From Octopus bimaculoides (Eukaryota), in assembly GCF_001194135.2 (NCBI RefSeq), contig NC_068989.1, forward strand, positions 56,087,958 to 56,123,804: DNA of 35,847 bases. The letters run 5' to 3'. Under the pieces are notes generated by a model. It did no database searches. It was not told where the DNA came from and was given only the letters and a program-made list of their open reading frames with translations. The position numbers and the translations under genes were made by a program. This document shows positions 34,440-35,847 of this stretch, piece by piece (position 1 is the stretch's first letter; the number at the start of each line of letters is the position of its first letter).

Positions 34440-34860
34440 CAGAGATGTTCATCATCATCGTCATCATTGTTTAATGTCTGCCTTCCATGCTAGCATGGGT
34501 TGGACGATTTAACTGAGGACTGGCGAACCAGATGGCTGCACCAGGCTCCAATCTGACTTGACAGAGTTTCTACAGCTGGATGCCATTCCTAACACCAACC
34601 ACTCTGAGAGTGTAGTGAGTGCTTTTACGTGCCACCGGCAGGAAGGCCAGTCAGGTGGTACTGGCAACGGTCACACTCAAAATGGTGTATTTTACGTGCC
34701 ACCTGCACAGGAACCATTCCAGTGGCACTGGCAACAACCTCGCTCAAATGCTTTTTCACATGCCAGTAAAGCAATGCTGGTAATGAACATGCTCAAATGG
34801 TGCTATTTATGTGCCATTGGCATGGAAGCCAGACAGCTACTCTGGTAATAATCATGCTCG
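34440..34860 (-). mobile_element. RTE LINE 3' UTR fragment with (CAT)n tail
   Basis: Reverse complement of 22080-22380 plus extra upstream UTR repeat units. Confidence 0.9.
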
Positions 34861-35010
34861 GACGTTGTTTTTCGAATTGACAGCCATCACTATTCCACTG
34901 TTCCACTGAATTGTGCAGCCTTTGGTGGCTTGACCCAGACTTCATCTCCCACTGCTAATCGTCTCCAGTTGTGCTCTACTGAAACGATTCCCGGAGCAAG
35001 ATCAATGGAT
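34861..35010 (-). pseudogene. Gypsy-type integrase C-terminal fragment
   Basis: VGDEVWVKPP / CTIQWNSGIVMAVNSKNNV (one frameshift) fits the GDEVWVKPP..RCT..W..G.V..VNS.NNV tail I recall from invertebrate Gypsy pol. Confidence 0.6.
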
Positions 35011-35089
35011 TGACACCTGTTGTAGTTCCCAACCACCTTTGGATGTTCCATCTGGTAACGTTGGCATCAATCCTCTCCTTGGAATTGAG

Positions 35090-35545
35090 AGTGCAGTCTT
35101 GTAATGTGTGAACCATTTTCTGTATCTAGGAAGTCACCTCTCTTCCCTTGCTGAAATCAATGATGAAATCCAACATCATCTAAAAAGAGTTGGTGCTGCC
35201 TTTGGCTGTCTTCAAACAAGAGTCTTCCAGGATTGAGACATTTGAACTGACACAAAAATGATGACATTCAAGGCAGTGGTCATCTCCAGACTCTTGTTAT
35301 GCATCTGTGACATGGACTACATGCAGGAGACACATAAAAGTTCTCAAAAGGTACCAACCAATGCTGCCTTCAAAGAATTCTCAACATCCACTGCAAAGAA
35401 AAATGGACAAGCTCCAATGTGTTGGAAGAAGCCAACATGACCTCCATTGAAGCTATCATCATCCAGAAACAGCTGAGATGGACTGGTCATGTTGTCCAAA
35501 GGAAAAACAACCAACTTACTTAAGCAGCTCCTCTACTTCCAATGA
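35090..35545 (+). pseudogene. RTE-BovB-like LINE ORF C-terminal fragment
   Basis: VNHFLYLGSHLS...VGAAFGCL...KAVVIS...QCCLQRILNI...VLEEANMTSIEAIIIQKQLRWTGHVV...KQLLY. Confidence 0.85.
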
Positions 35546-35582
35546 CCATCACGCTTGACCTCAAAGGATAGCCAGGATAACG

Positions 35583-35610
<28 letters not shown>

Positions 35611-35613
<3 letters not shown>

Positions 35614-35797
35614 TTATATGCTGTTAAGTATATGTCTGGTCTTAGAGTGACCAATGATTTTACATCCATAAACTACCTAGCTTTATGGACAGCTCATCAG
35701 ACTCTAATGGGAAAGCCAACCATATAGCTAGGCACTCTGTGGATGTGAAACCATTGGTCACTCTATGAATGGACATATACTTAACTACATATAAATA
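35611..35797. repeat. Long inverted repeat (72-bp arms, 43-nt spacer), MITE-like hairpin
   Basis: 35611-35682 matches the reverse complement of 35726-35797 at 60/72 positions by hand alignment. Confidence 0.85.
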
Positions 35798-35847
35798 CAT
35801 TACTGCTCTATGCCTTAGAGTGTGCTTCTTTTTTGTATATATGATAC

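Noticed and set aside
35670-35705. Minus-strand CUGAUGA plus short stem inside the terminal hairpin
   Set aside because: The required GAAA after stem II is absent, so it is not a hammerhead.
1-35847. CRISPR arrays, operons or other prokaryotic systems
   Set aside because: Repeats are microsatellites and dispersed eukaryotic TEs; there is no repeat-spacer array or gene-dense region.

Overview
AT-rich, repeat-saturated eukaryotic genomic DNA (intron or intergenic) with many N gaps. The SINE families, RTE LINE tails and very dense (TA)/(TG)/(GAT)/(ATT)/(GA) microsatellites look like an Octopus (coleoid cephalopod) genome; this is inferred from recall, not from a search. I found no intact host gene. 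The ORF track is microsatellite translation, gap read-through or decayed transposon protein. Recognisable content: Tc1/mariner remnants (maT DD37D, two Tc1, one mariner 5' end, several MITEs), a hAT MITE with 8-bp TSD, RTE-clade LINE fragments, two R4/Dong-like restriction-endonuclease LINE ends stacked in a (TAA)n array, a Gypsy integrase scrap, probable Penelope remnants and more than 20 tRNA-derived SINE copies or fragments. The most interesting items are a minimal hammerhead ribozyme motif (29996-30032), the (TAA)n insertion hotspot (18.56-19.52 kb), two hidden local inverted duplications, a 506-bp unclassified insertion with a 17-bp TSD, a 72-bp-arm hairpin and a 28-bp minisatellite made of splice-donor motifs. 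I cannot support a claim of a wholly new biological system. Coordinates were counted by hand, and ends of degenerate repeats are approximate.
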